From Centroscyllium fabricii (Eukaryota), in contig JBNRSN020000003.1 in the NCBI GenBank assembly GCA_051313645.2, forward strand, positions 359,042,001 through 359,106,000: 64,000 nucleotides of DNA, given 5' to 3'. Positions 22,971 through 35,165 of the stretch are shown in pieces. The position numbers were made by a program, and so were the translations under genes. Below the pieces are notes generated by a model. The model had not been told where the DNA came from. It ran no database searches and worked only from the letters and a program-made list of their open reading frames with translations. Position 1 is the stretch's first letter, and each line of letters opens with the position of its first letter.

Positions 22971-24645
22971 AGTTATACAGGGCCTTAGTGAGACCACATC
23001 TTGGGTGCTAAATTGGCGCCTTAGCGCCGGCCCATTAGCGGCGAAAATCGGCACTAATGGGCCAGCGCCGAATTAGTGGCAAAATTAGCGGCGGGCGCTA
23101 AATTGGCATAGTGATTAGCGCCGGCGCTAAACGTTCGCGCGTGCTAATTAGCGATTAGCAATCCTCGTGGAAATGCGTGTGCAACGCCCGCCCGCTGGGC
23201 TGCGCCCGAAATGTGCATTTCTGCCAGTCCACCCCGCCCCGCGCTGCCAGCACCAGCTTCGGCAAGCGCTGCAGCGGGTTTGAGTGGCCGCTGCAGCGCT
23301 GCTATAAGGGCCACCCTCCCTCTTCGGTCCGAGCGGCCAGCTGATGGGGGGGGAGTCGGTCCGAGCGGCCAATTGATGAGAGAGTGGGGAGGGGGGCCGC
23401 CCGACCCCCCTTCCCGCTCTCTGATCAGTTCCTGATCGGGGGCGGCCACCGAGAGGGGGGTCGGGCGATCCCCGATCCAACAACTGATCAGAGAGCGGGG
23501 AGGCGGGTCGGGCAGCCCCCAATCGGCAGCTGATCAGAGTGCGAGGAGGTGGGAGGGAGATCAGCAGTTGATCAGAGTGCGAGGAGGTGGGAGGGAGATT
23601 GGCAGCTGATCAGAGTGCGAGGAGGGGGGGAGGGAGATCGGCAGCTGATCAGAGTGCGAGGAGGGGGCGAGGGAGACCCGCGGTCGGCAACTGATCAGAG
23701 TGCGAGGAGGGGGGAGGGAGATCGGCAGCTGATTGCGAGGAGGGGGCGAGGGAGATCGGCAGCTGATCAGAGAGCGGGGAGGGGGGAAGGAGACCTGTGG
23801 TTGGCAGCTGATCAGAGAGCGAGGAGGAAAAGATGCTGCTCTGCTTCCCCTTTAAGACCTAATCGGCTGCAGAGGTCATGGGGAAGCAAGCAGTTAGTGA
23901 GGGAGCGCTGCGCCCGGGAACGGCAATTAGCGGCAAGATATTGGCCGCCTGGAAGCCATGCAAGACGTGAATTACCGCTGAAATCTGCAATGACGGCGCT
24001 AACGCCAGTATCGGCTGCCTCGGCGCTCATTTTTAGCGCAGCGCCAATTTTAGCGTCGAAAACATGCGCTCACGAATTTCCCGCCCCTTGAGTATTGTGT
24101 GCAGTTTTGTCAACTTATCTGAGGAAGGATGTTCTTGCCATGGAGGGAGTGCAGCGAAGATTCACCAGACTGATACCTGGGATGGCAGGAATGACGTATG
24201 AGGAGAGTTTGGGTTGATTGAGCTTATATTCACTGGAGTTTAGAATAATGAGAGGGGATCTCATTGAAACTTATAAAATTCTAACAGGACTAGACAGACT
24301 AGATGCAGGAAGGCTATTCCTGATGGCGGGGGAGTCCAGAACCAGGGGTCACAGTCTAAGGATGAGTGGTAATCCATTTAGGACAGAGATGAGGAGGAAT
24401 TTATTCACCCAGAGAGTGTTGAACCTGTGGAATTCTCAACCACAGAAGGCAGTTGAGGTGAATTCATTAAATATCTTCAAGAAGGAGTTAGATATATTTC
24501 TTAAGGCTAGAGGGATCAAGGGATATGGAGAGAAGGCAGGTACGGGGTACTGAATTTCGATGATCAGCCATGATCTCATTGAATGGCGGAGCAGGCTCGA
24601 GGGGCCGAATGGCCGACTCCTGCTCCTATCTTCTATATTTCTATG
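22965..24645 (+). mobile_element. CR1 LINE 3' fragment, interrupted by a MITE
   Basis: LQLYRALVRPHL|EYCVQF continues across the insertion; ORF 24218-24553; CR1 tail. Confidence 0.85.
23004..24087. mobile_element. GC-rich MITE (PIF/Harbinger-like) with an internal about 38-bp minisatellite
   Basis: 3-bp TTG duplication (23001-23003 / 24088-24090); imperfect GG..AAATT / AATTT..CCCC ends; subterminal TTAGCG/CGCTAA repeats; CAGCTGATCAGAG repeats at 23530-23830. Confidence 0.7.
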
Positions 24646-24649
24646 CAAC

Positions 24650-25100
24650 CCCATTAGTTACATCCTGATGTCCCGAAATGACCTGTTGATTCTGTTTTCT
24701 GTCCATTAACTAATCCTCAATCCATGCTCGTATAATACCCCAAATCCCATGAGCCTTAATTGTGTGGCACCTTATCGCATGCCTTCTGAAAATCCAAATA
24801 CACCACATCCTCTCGTTCCCCCTTATCGTTTCTGTTAGTTACATCTTCAAAAACTCTAACATGTTTGTCAAACATGATTTCCCTTTCATAAATCCGTGTT
24901 GACTCTGCCCTATCCTATTATTATTTTCTAAGTGCCCTGTTACCACATCCTTAATAATAGACTCCAGCATTATCCCTACTACTGATGTCAGACTAACTGG
25001 TCTATAGTTCCCCATTTCCTCTCTCGCTCCTTTCCTAAATAGTGGGGTTACATTTGCTTCCTTCCAATCAATGAGAATCGTTCTAGAATCTGGAATTTTG
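24650..25100 (-). mobile_element. CR1 LINE RT fragment
   Basis: Minus strand NYRPVSLTSVVG, HGFMKGKSCLT, YLDFQKA. Confidence 0.8.
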
Positions 25101-25917
25101 GTACAATATAGCTTGCAACAGGAATCCTTTTATAACAGGTATTGCCATATACAAACTTTTTCTTTTCCTATTTCACCAAGACAAAAAACAAAATTGATTT
25201 AAATAAAATATTGCCCATTAAATACCACCTGGTGCAACCCAAGGGCACTTCAGTGCCAGAAATAACACATTTTGGCTGTTCTGAGATAGTTTGAGATGGT
25301 AAATTTGCCGGACCATTGAGAGATAGATGGGTGCAGCATTATCAGGTGCTGAATTCGAGGCAACAGCAAAGTGCTGTCAAATGGTAAAATATAAGGTAAA
25401 CTTGATTTCAGAATTGAATATATGATTGAGTGATGATGATCTAGCAACAGCTGATACATTTCTTTCAAATTCTTCTCTCCACTATTGTAATTAACCCACT
25501 TAAGATAAATAGGCTAACCTGCCCATTAAAACAGCAGAGAGAGTAATCTGACTTGGGTGCGTTACAATACCATTGCCCACAGTAATTCCCAGATTAATAT
25601 CTCTGGCTTCTTGATTGCAAACATAGATTGAGCAAAGATATTTACTGTGTAAAAATACCACAAATGGGATCAAAGTACTTGTAGTTTCTTTTGCATTAAT
25701 ATTTGAAGTGTTTTCAATGATGCCCTCTATGTTCGTCATCTGCTTTAATATGGCAGGTGACATCATTTTTGTAGTGAACCATTTAATTTTCTGTATTTTC
25801 AAGCGTGTGAGGAGTTAAATTGCAATGGATTAAAGACTTACTGTACTTGGAGGATGTGATGACTAAATGAAAACTCTGTTCAGTTCTCTGGAGTGTCAGT
25901 CTTGGAAATTGTCTCTA

Positions 25918-26473
25918 CAGGTTGTGCACCGTTAATCCGTTATCCGATAAGCCGGCAGCTTCAGTCTTCCGGAACAAATTGCCCCGACTGCCCTGCGCAT
26001 GCGCAAAATGGCCGCCGCCATTGATGCGTCAGTGAATGATCTGCGCATGCGCCGCCGAATGGCGAGCGCATGCGCAGATCATTCACAATGGCCGCCACAA
26101 AGTTTTTAATGATCTGCGCATGCGCTGCCGAACGATCACGAACCTCGCCTTATCGAGCCGGGCCTCGCTTTCCTGAGCCGGGCCTTCCTGAGCTGGGCCT
26201 CGCCTTGCCTTACTGAGCCTTCCCGAGCCGGGGCTTCCTGAGCTGGGCCTTCCCGAGCCGGGGCTCCTCGAGCCGGGCCTCTCCTCGCCTTACCGAGCTG
26301 GGCCTCGCCTTCCCGAGCTGGGCCTTACCGAACGATAAACACATGCTCAGTCCAGGCGGCAGCCCTTTTGAATGGTCTGCGCATGCGCTCGCCGAAGCTT
26401 CAATCATTCGGGATTTTCACTTTCCCGGCACGGGCCTGGTCCTGCCCGTGCCGGATTAACGGTGCTCAACCTG
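25918..26473. mobile_element. Tc1/mariner-pogo (Tigger-like) MITE, copy 2, opposite orientation to copy 1
   Basis: TA|CAGGTTGTGCACCGTTAATCCG...CCGGATTAACGGTGCTCAACCTG|TA. Confidence 0.88.
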
Positions 26474-26537
26474 TAGCTGCAGCTCAGGGCAAATTCTCAA
26501 TTGGCCAAAGCAAAGAAATATGATCTGTGTGGAATAA

Positions 26538-27520
26538 CAACAGAAAATGCTGGACATACTCAGCAGGCCAGGCAGCATCCGTGGAGAGAGAAACTGAGTT
26601 AACGGCCCAAAAATTAGCCTCGGAGCCTTGCCGCAAGCTTCAAACCTACACTTACGGAGCACACCTGCCATTGTTCTCTTCTAAGATTTAAAATCCCGAT
26701 TCTCTGGCCGGCTCCAAGCTCCACGCGCCGTGCTGAGGCAACTCAGTGGCGTAGTTAGTGGGCAAGCTCCGCGCGGGACCACATGGTCCGCAGGGAGCCA
26801 ATCACTAACAAGGATCCTCCATTCATAACTTTGACAGACAGAGCTGTCAAAGTTAATGAATTACAAGAGCCCCAAAAACACACTAAACAATAAAATATAT
26901 ATTTTTTAAACGCCACATTTTTTAACATTACTATTTCTAACATAAATTACCTATTTTAAATAAAAAATAAAATTTTAGAAAAAATATTTTATGTTTTTAA
27001 CTTGTCTAAAAAACTACTTACCTTTGTTTAAATTATTTAAAAATAAAAAACCTGTGAAAGAAATACATAAATTGAATAAAATAGAGACTTAGCTGCTAAA
27101 AATGGGCAGCTACGGCTGATATTTTCAGTCGTATCTTTTCCGATGCTTACCCTGATAAAAACTTTAAAAAAAATTGGAAGTGTACTGCACACCTCCTGGT
27201 GCGCAGGCCAACGCGTTCCGGCTTTTGACCCCCCGGAGCTGGCATCGGAAGCACTGGTTCTGTGCGCATGCTCGGTGCACGCACAGAACCAGCACTTCCG
27301 AGGGCTGCACGCGTGAGTACCCGCTCCGTACTCATGCGTTTGGCCTCGGGGGCCATCGGAAAATCTGGGCCAATGTTTCGGGTTCTGGACCCTTCATCGG
27401 AATTCCAGTACCTGAAACGTTATCTCTGTTTCTCTCTCCATGGATGCTACCTGGCCTATTTCCAGCATTTTCTGTTATTACAAATTTCCAGCATCCGCAG
27501 TACATGGTATTTTGCTATTA
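26538..27520. mobile_element. Short Penelope-derived inverted-repeat element split by a MITE (26604-27371)
   Basis: AACAGAAAATGCTGGA..GGAGAGAGAAAC is mirrored by GTTTCTCTCTCC..TCCAGCATTTTCTGTT. Degenerate hammerhead core on the minus strand near 27372-27402. MITE ends GGCCCAAAAATT / AAAATCTGGGCC with AAC/AAT duplication. Confidence 0.6.
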
Positions 27521-28323
27521 TGTGTGGGTTTGAGTTAGTGTGTGGCAGGACAGGCACATAAATTTGGTACTTGGAATTACATTTGAATTAAGAATCAAAT
27601 AATAACAATGCAAAAATATGCTCATAACTTGATTAATTCTGGTTGCAGTATAGTATCTATACAAAAATAACCAGATTCATTGGTTAGCTTGGCAAATTTT
27701 GAGAAGTTGTAGCCTGTGCAAAACTCCCTCTGTTCACATTTAGAATGGAAACTGCCTTTGTAAACTTGTCATGCTGTCGTGGTGACACAGCAGCGCCTCA
27801 AGTCTGTGACTCTCCATTACTGAGCCTCGCCTGCAGAGAAACGCCTGACTTCCAAACAACTCTACTTCTTTGCTCCCCAAATCGCCTTCAATTTTGCTTA
27901 TTTAGCTATAAATAATATAAAATCCAACTATTGGATAAATAAGAAATAAAAAAACGAATGTATGGGGGAATTTTAACCCACCACGATGGGCGGTGATTGG
28001 GGTGGGGATGTTAAAATTCTGAGACTTGACCCCAGACCGGCACGAGCACGCCTACTTCTGGTTTTACCGGGGCGGGTTGGGAGTGGGCAAGTAACCTGTT
28101 CTCTTGAGGCGAGTCAGTAATTAATTATGTTAATGAAGCTGTGTGCCTCAGATTTTAGCAGCCTTTTAGATTTAGGAGCATTGGAACATAGGAACAGGAG
28201 GAGGACATTCAGCCCCGCGAACTTGTTAGGCATTCAATGAGATTATTGTTGATCTGTATCCTAACTCCATCCTCTGGCCTTTGTTCCATATCCCTTAATA
28301 CCATTGGCTAGCAAAAATCTATC

Positions 28324-28681
28324 ATAGAAACATAGAGGATAGGAGCAGGAGTAGGCCATTCAGCCCTTCGAGCCTGCTCTGCCATTCAATGAAATCATGG
28401 CTGATCAACCAAACCCAGCACCCCGTCCCTGCCTTGTCCCCATATCCCTCGATCCCGCACCGACACACATCCCACCCTATCCCTGTAACCCCACATATTC
28501 AATCCCCCTAACATTAAGGATCAATTTATCCTGGCCAATCAACCTAACCCGCACATCTTTGGACTGCGCAGACACGGGGTGAATGTGCAAACTCCACACA
28601 GATAGTACCCGAGGCTGGATTTGAACCCGGGTCTCTAGTGCTGTAAGGCAACAGTGCTAACCACTATGCCACCGTGCCACC
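28324..28681 (-). mobile_element. tRNA-derived V-SINE (HE1-like) with CR1-derived tail, nested in a CR1 3' end
   Basis: A box TGGCATAGTGG, B box GGTTCAAATCC, V-domain TGTGTGGAGTTTGCACATTC, CR1 tail, CTATC duplication at 28319-28323 / 28682-28686. Confidence 0.8.
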
Positions 28682-28969
28682 CTATCGATCTCAGTTTTCA
28701 AATTATTAATTGAGCAAGCATCTGCTGCTCTTTGTGAGAGAGAGTTCCATCCTTCTACCACTCTTTGTGTGAAAAAGTGTTTCCTAACTTCTCTCCTGCA
28801 TGGCCTGGCTCTGATTTTAAGCAATGTCCCCTTGTGATAGATGTCATCTAGCAGCGGAAAGAAATTCTCTCTAGCCTTTCAATTCCTTTCAAAATCCGAA
28901 AGACCTCAATTAAATCACCCCTTAACCTTCTATATTCTAGGCAATATAAACCTAGTTTGTGTAATGTAA

Positions 28970-31900
28970 AACTGTAACGGAACAATGGGTGATCTTTAAA
29001 GAGGAGATGTTCCAAGTACAGGATAGGTACATTCCAACAAAGGGAAGGGTAAGGGAACCAAAGCAAGAGCTCCTTGGATGATGAGGGAGATAGAGACAAT
29101 GATGAAACAAACAAAGAGGGTGTATGATGAATGTCAGGTGAATTCTTCAATGGGAACCAGACCAAATACAATAAGTTGAGAAACGAAGTGAAGATGAAAA
29201 TCAGATTGGCAAAGAGAGAATATGAGAGTAGAATGGTGGTTAACAAAAAAGGGAACCCAAAAATCTTCTGCCGGCATGTAAACAGTAAGCGGGTAGTAAG
29301 AGGCGGGGTGGGGACTATTAGAGACAAAGAAGGTGATATATGCTTGGAGGTGCTGGGCAAGGCTAGAATCCTCAATGAGTACTTTGCATCGGTGTTTACT
29401 ACAGAGGTGGATGCTGAAAAAATATTGGTAGAAGTGGAAAAGGTAGAAGCAATGGAAGGGCCTTGGTGAGACTATACCTTGAGTACTGTGTGCAGTTTTG
29501 GTCACCTTATCTGAGGAAGGATGTTCTTGCCATGGAGGGAGTTCAGCGAGGGTTCGCAAGGCTGATACCTGGGATGGCAGGAATAACGTATGAGGAGAGA
29601 TTGGGTCAATTAGGCTTATACCCGCTGGAGTTTAGAAGAATGAGAGGGGATTTCATTGAAACTTATAAAATTCTGACAGGTCTGGACAAATTAGATGCAG
29701 GAAGAATGTTCCCGATGGTCAGAGAGTCCAGAACCAGGGGCACAGTCTAAGGATAGGCCATTCAGGACAGAGATGAGGAAGAATTTCTTCACCCAGAAAT
29801 GGTGAACCTGTGGATTTCTCTACCACAGAATGTAGTTGAGGCCAAGTCATTAAATATATTCAAGAATGAGTTGGATATATTTCTTAGAGCTAAAGGTATA
29901 AAGGGATATGGGGAGAAGGCAGGTACGGGGAACTGAGTTTAGATGACCAGTCATGATCTTATCGAATGGTGGAGCAGGCTCAAGGGGCCGAAAATGGCCG
30001 ACTCCTGCTCCTATCTTCTATGTATCTATCTTTATAGAAAGGATGTACAAGAAAGGCTAGGTATGCTTAGAGTGGACAAGTCACCTGGTCCCGATGGCTT
30101 GCATCCCAGGTTGCTAAGGGAATTGGGGAGGAGATAGCGGAAGTGCTTGCCATAATTTTGCAATCTTCACTAGAGGTGCCTGAGGATTGGAAAGTGGCAA
30201 ATATGACACCATTTTTCAAGAAAGGGTGTAAGAACAATCCTAGTAACTATAGGTGTAACGTATGGGTGGTGGGGCCCAAATGCAAGACACTAGGACAACG
30301 GTCTAGAGCTAAGATTCCTTTATTTCCCCACATAAAAATGCCAAAACATCTATATACATACAGTCAAAATATAACAATACAGAAATCAACGACATACACA
30401 AAACGCTTCGGATCCCCAGGACACTCAGCGAAGAGCATCAAAGAGTTAGGAACTAGAACAAGCTTTCCTCTGTGAGTAGAACCCTTTACAACGACTACTT
30501 CAATCAGAGTGGAACAAGCTTTATTCTGAACTGGAACAAGTTTTCTTCTGAACTGGAACAAGCTTTCTTCTGTGCGTAGAACCCTTTACAATGACTACTA
30601 CCATCAGAGTGGAACAAGCCTTATTTTGAACTGGAACAAGTTTTCTTCTGAACTGGAACAAGCTTTCTTCTGTGCGTAGAACCTTTTACAACGACTACTA
30701 CCATCAGAGTGGAACAAGCTTTATTCTGAACTGGAACAAGCTTTCTTCTGTGCGTAGAACCTTTTACAACGACTACTACCATCAGAGTGGAACAAGCTTT
30801 ATTCTGAACTGGAACAAGTTTTCTTCTGAACTGGAACAAGCTTTCTTCTGTGCTCCCAGGACACTCAGCCAAGAGCATCATTATAACAGAAGGGGCATCC
30901 TAGTTATAAGGATTAAATGTCCAAACCTGAGTTCAGGTGATAGAGAGCAATGTCCAGAATGTAGAAACAGGAATTCTCCAGAGTCCGCTCCACCGCGGGG
31001 TCTCACTCCAACAGAGTTTTCAGAAGGAGAATCCATAATATCTACAAGCAGGGGAACTCCCCACTTACACTGCCTCCACGGAGCTAGGACAGCACATCTG
31101 TATCCTAGTAGTAGGTAACGATCCGGCAATCTCCTGTTGCCAACCCAAAGCTTAAATACAGCTCAAGCTAATTGAGTAATTAGCTCAGTCCCCTTAATTG
31201 CACAAAACAATAAACGAGGTACAACTAGCTGTATTAACAGGAAAACAAGGTACAATGAACAAAACAGAGAACAGACATAGAATTCAAAGATGGAATCTTT
31301 AAAGGAGAATTCCATCTATGACAATAGGCTGGTCAGTTTAACATCAGAGGTGGGTAAAGTTTTAGAAATAATAATCCAGGAAAAAATTAAGTTATTTGGG
31401 GATTTTAAGCTAATTAAGGAGAACCAACACGGATTTGTAAAAGGCAGATCGCGTTTGACTAATCTAATAGAATTTTTTGATGAAGTAACAGAGAGGATTG
31501 ATGAAGGGAATGCAATGGATGTTGTCTACATAGATTTTCGGAAGGCGTTTGACAAAGTACACAGAAACACACAGAAGATAGGAGCAGGAGTAGGCCATTC
31601 GGCCCTTCGAGCCCGCTCCCCCATTTTGATGAGATCATGGCTGATCATCCAAACCCAGCACCCCCCTCCTACCATCTCCCCATATCCCCCTACACCCCCA
31701 TTGAAGGCTGGTTAACAAAATTGAGGCTCATGGAATAGGTGGGTCAGTGGCAGCTTGGATAAGGAATTGGCTTAAGGACAGAAAACAGGGAAATGGCTGT
31801 TTTTCAGACTGGAGGATGGTAGACAGTGGTGTTCCCCAAGGGTCAGTGCTGGAACCACTTTTTAAAAATATTTATATAAATGACCTGGATATTGGAATAC

Positions 31901-33755
31901 AGAGCAGAATTTCTAAATTTGACGATGACACCAAACATGGGGGTATGGCAAATAGTGAGGATGATACTAATCGACTGCAACAGGGGATAGAAAGGCTAGC
32001 AGAATGGGCAGACAAGTGGCAGATGGAATTTAATAGAGAGAAGTGTGAGGTGATGCATTTTGGCAGAAGGAACAGGAAGAGGCAATATACACTTAATGGC
32101 ACAGTTTTAAAGAGTGTGCAGGGACAGAGGGAGCTGGGAGTTAATGTGCATAGGTCCCTGAAGGTGGCAGGACATATTAGAAACATAGAAACATAGAAGA
32201 TAGGAGCAGGAGTAGGCCATTCGGCCCTTCGAGCCTGCTCCGCCATTCAATGAGATCATGGCTGATCATCCATATTGAAACAGTGGTTAACAACGCATAT
32301 TGGATTTTGGGCTTCATAAATAGATGTATTGACAGGGCGTGACAAAACCACTTGCCCGCTTGCCTGGGGGCAAGCAAAATGCACTGTCGGGCAAGCAGAA
32401 GAAAATCTCACTTGCCCGATCGGGCAAGCGATGTGCGGACATGACCAGAGTTGCCGGGTCCAGCAATAGCGCTGAGTGCGCACACAGCTAGGTGGCGAGC
32501 GCAAAAGGAGAGGCTACAGGGTGCAACAAAACCGCGAGGTAACAGAGAGAGTAGACAAAGGTAATGTAGTAGATGTAATTGATCTAGATTTTCAAAAGGC
32601 CTTCAGTAAGGTACCACATAATAGCCTGATGAATAAGGACAGAGAATGCGGAGTAAGAGGGCAAGTAGCAGAATGGATAGCTAGCTGGCTTCAAGACGGA
32701 AAGCAGAGAGTAGGAGTAAAGGGTAGCTATTCACAATGGCAGAAGGTGGGTAGTGGTGTTCCACAAGGATCAGTGCTGGGACCACTGTTGTTTACAATTT
32801 ATATTAATGATTTAGACTTTGGAATCAAAAACACACTTTCTAAATTTGTGGATGACACCAAATTTGGGGGAGGGTAGTCAATGCTGAGGAAGACTGCAAC
32901 AAATTCCAGGAGGACATTAATAAACTTGCAGAATGGGTATATAATTGGCAAATGAAGTTCAACACAGATAAATGTGAGGTATTACATTTTGGTCGGAAGA
33001 ATAGGGAGGTCACTTATTACTTGGAGAGTGCGAGTGTGGGTGGGGTAGAGGAACAAAGGGATCTCGGAGTACAAATACACCAATCACAAAAAGTTGCACC
33101 ATATGTTAGCAAGGCCATAAAAAAAGCAAACCAGACACTAGGGTTTATTTCTAGAGGGATAGAATTGAAATGCAGTGAAGTTATGTTAAACTTGCATCGA
33201 ACCTTGGTTAGACAACACTTGGAGTACTGCGTACAGGTCTCGTCTCCATATTATAAAAAGGACATAGAGGCACTGGAGAGGGTGCAGAGAAGATTTACAA
33301 GGATGATATCAGAAATGCGAGGGTATACCTATCACTAAAGGATGAACAGGCTGGGTCTCTCTTCACTTGAAAAAGAAGGCTGAGGGGTGACCTAATAGAG
33401 ATCTTTAAAATGATGAAAGGTTTTGATGAAGTGGACACAGAGAGAGTGTTTTTACTTGTGGGGAAGAGCATAACTGGAGACCATCAGTATAAGATCGTCA
33501 CCAAGAAATCCAATCGGGAATTCAGAAGAAAGTTCTTTACCCAGAGAGTGGTGAGAATGTGGGACTCGCTACCACAGGGAGAGGTTGAAGCGAATAGTAT
33601 CAATGCATTTAAGGGGAGGCTGGATAAGCCTATGAGGGAGAAGGGAATAGAGGGTGATGCTAATAGATTTAGATGAGGAAAAACTGGAGGAGGTTCGAGT
33701 GGAGCATAAACGGTTGGGCCGAATGGCCTGTTTCTGTGCTGAATATCCTATGTAA
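28970..33755 (+). mobile_element. Cluster of degraded, mutually nested CR1 LINE fragments
   Basis: ORFs 29131, 29463, 30143, 31290, 31747, 32476, 32952 and 33410 all carry CR1 ORF2 motifs. Confidence 0.85.
30254..31323 (-). mobile_element. Solo LTR (1070 bp) with internal tandem repeats
   Basis: TG...CA ends and ATAGG duplication (30249-30253 / 31324-31328) that restores the CR1 NYR/LVSLTS frame. Minus-strand TATTTAA near 31155 and AATAAA near 30320. Confidence 0.8.
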
Positions 33756-34009
33756 AGACCACGATCAGGAAAATAGTTATAGATTGTGTCCCAGGTCGGT
33801 GAATCGGTAATGAGAGGTCAGAAACTTAATATGGTTTTTTATTTCTTCATGGGATGTGGGCGTCGCTGGCAAAGCCAGCATTTATTGCCTATCCCTAATT
33901 GCCCTTGAGAAGGTGGTGGTGAGACAACAGACTGGCTTGCTGGGCCATTTCAGAGGGCTGTTAAGAGTCAACTAAATTGCTGTGGGTCTGGAGTCACATA
34001 CAGACCCTA

Positions 34010-34345
34010 GCATGTGCAACATTTGACCCCTTGTGACCCCACCTCATTGTTCTTTGATGGAATGTTTTGCTGACTGACCTGTTTGGACACCATTCACACC
34101 TTTGATTGCTGTGATTATCTCTCTGCCGAGGCGTGATAAAGGGCAGTTAGAAAAATTACCTGTAATCATCTAGCATTGTTTTCTGACTATATATGCTGTG
34201 CCTTTCTGCATCTCTTCACTTCAGCTGACGAAGGAGCAGCGCTCTGAAAGCTTATGATTTCAAATAAAACTGTTGGACTACAACCTGGTGTTGTGTGACT
34301 TCTTACATTTGTCCACCCCAGTCCAACACCGGCACCTCCACATAT
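34010..34345 (+). mobile_element. Solo Penelope pseudo-LTR
   Basis: Close match to 52978-53272 and, inverted, to 48500-48822; degenerate hammerhead at 34221-34257. Confidence 0.8.
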
Positions 34346-34490
34346 AGGTCAGAATGAGTCCGGGAAGGAGAGCAAATTTCCTTCCCTAAAGGACATTAGT
34401 GACCCAGATGGGTTTTTATGGCAATCCACTAGTTTAATTCTCACCATTATTGATAATAGCTTTTTTATTCCAGATTAATTTAATTAAGTT

Positions 34491-35022
34491 GGGGGCGAAC
34501 TGGTAGCGCCCCAACGAATTTAGCGCCCAGCTGGACGTCGTGAAATATGTCATCAGGCTGCGCAGCGCCTGTGAGGTGCCTGCGGCCGGAAGTGGGCAGC
34601 GGCTGCCGTTTTGCCGCTGGGCGTTGCCACGCCAGCTTTCTCCGGCCCAAACAGCAGCGCTCGAGCGCTGCTTAAAGGGCAGTGCGGCGGTCGGCCATTT
34701 TTATTGCTGGCCGACCACCAGCACCTTCCCCCTCGGCCTCCCCCGCTGCTCCCCCAGTGGGGTGAGGCCTCCTTCAGCTGAGCCCTGCACTTCCCCCGAG
34801 TGCCGGGCTCGTTCTCCGCCTCCTGCTCCCTTGGCGTCCCCGCGGAGCTCCGGCCGCAGCCGCCCTAGGCCCCTCCCCTTTAATGGGGGAGGAAGGCCTG
34901 ACATACCGTGGGCCGCTGCTACGTCCTCCTTCGCGCACCAAGAGCGAGGCGGCCCACCCGATTTATCGCCCGCCCACCCGTAATGGGCGCACACAAAGTG
35001 CGCGCTGACCAATTTTTCCCCC
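34491..35022. mobile_element. GC-rich MITE-like insertion
   Basis: GGGGGCGAACTGG...CCAATTTTTCCCC imperfect inverted ends around a CpG-rich interior, like other MITEs in the window. Confidence 0.45.
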
Positions 35023-35165
35023 ATAGAATTTTGTTCCAGTCTCCAGTTCACTCCCCATACCCTTCAGCATTTCTTTTTCAAACCAGTTCCTTTCTAAAAT
35101 AATTTATGGAATCTGCTTCAACTATTTGAGGCAGAAAATTGTACACTTGAGCCACCCTCTGTTAA

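Noticed and set aside
28590-28681. tRNA gene (similar heads near 20090-20160 and 37850-37930)
   Set aside because: A/B boxes run into SINE body sequence and no full cloverleaf is evident; these are SINE heads.
30457-30850. CRISPR-like repeat-spacer pattern
   Set aside because: The intervening segments are themselves repeated, and the array lies within a TSD-flanked LTR.
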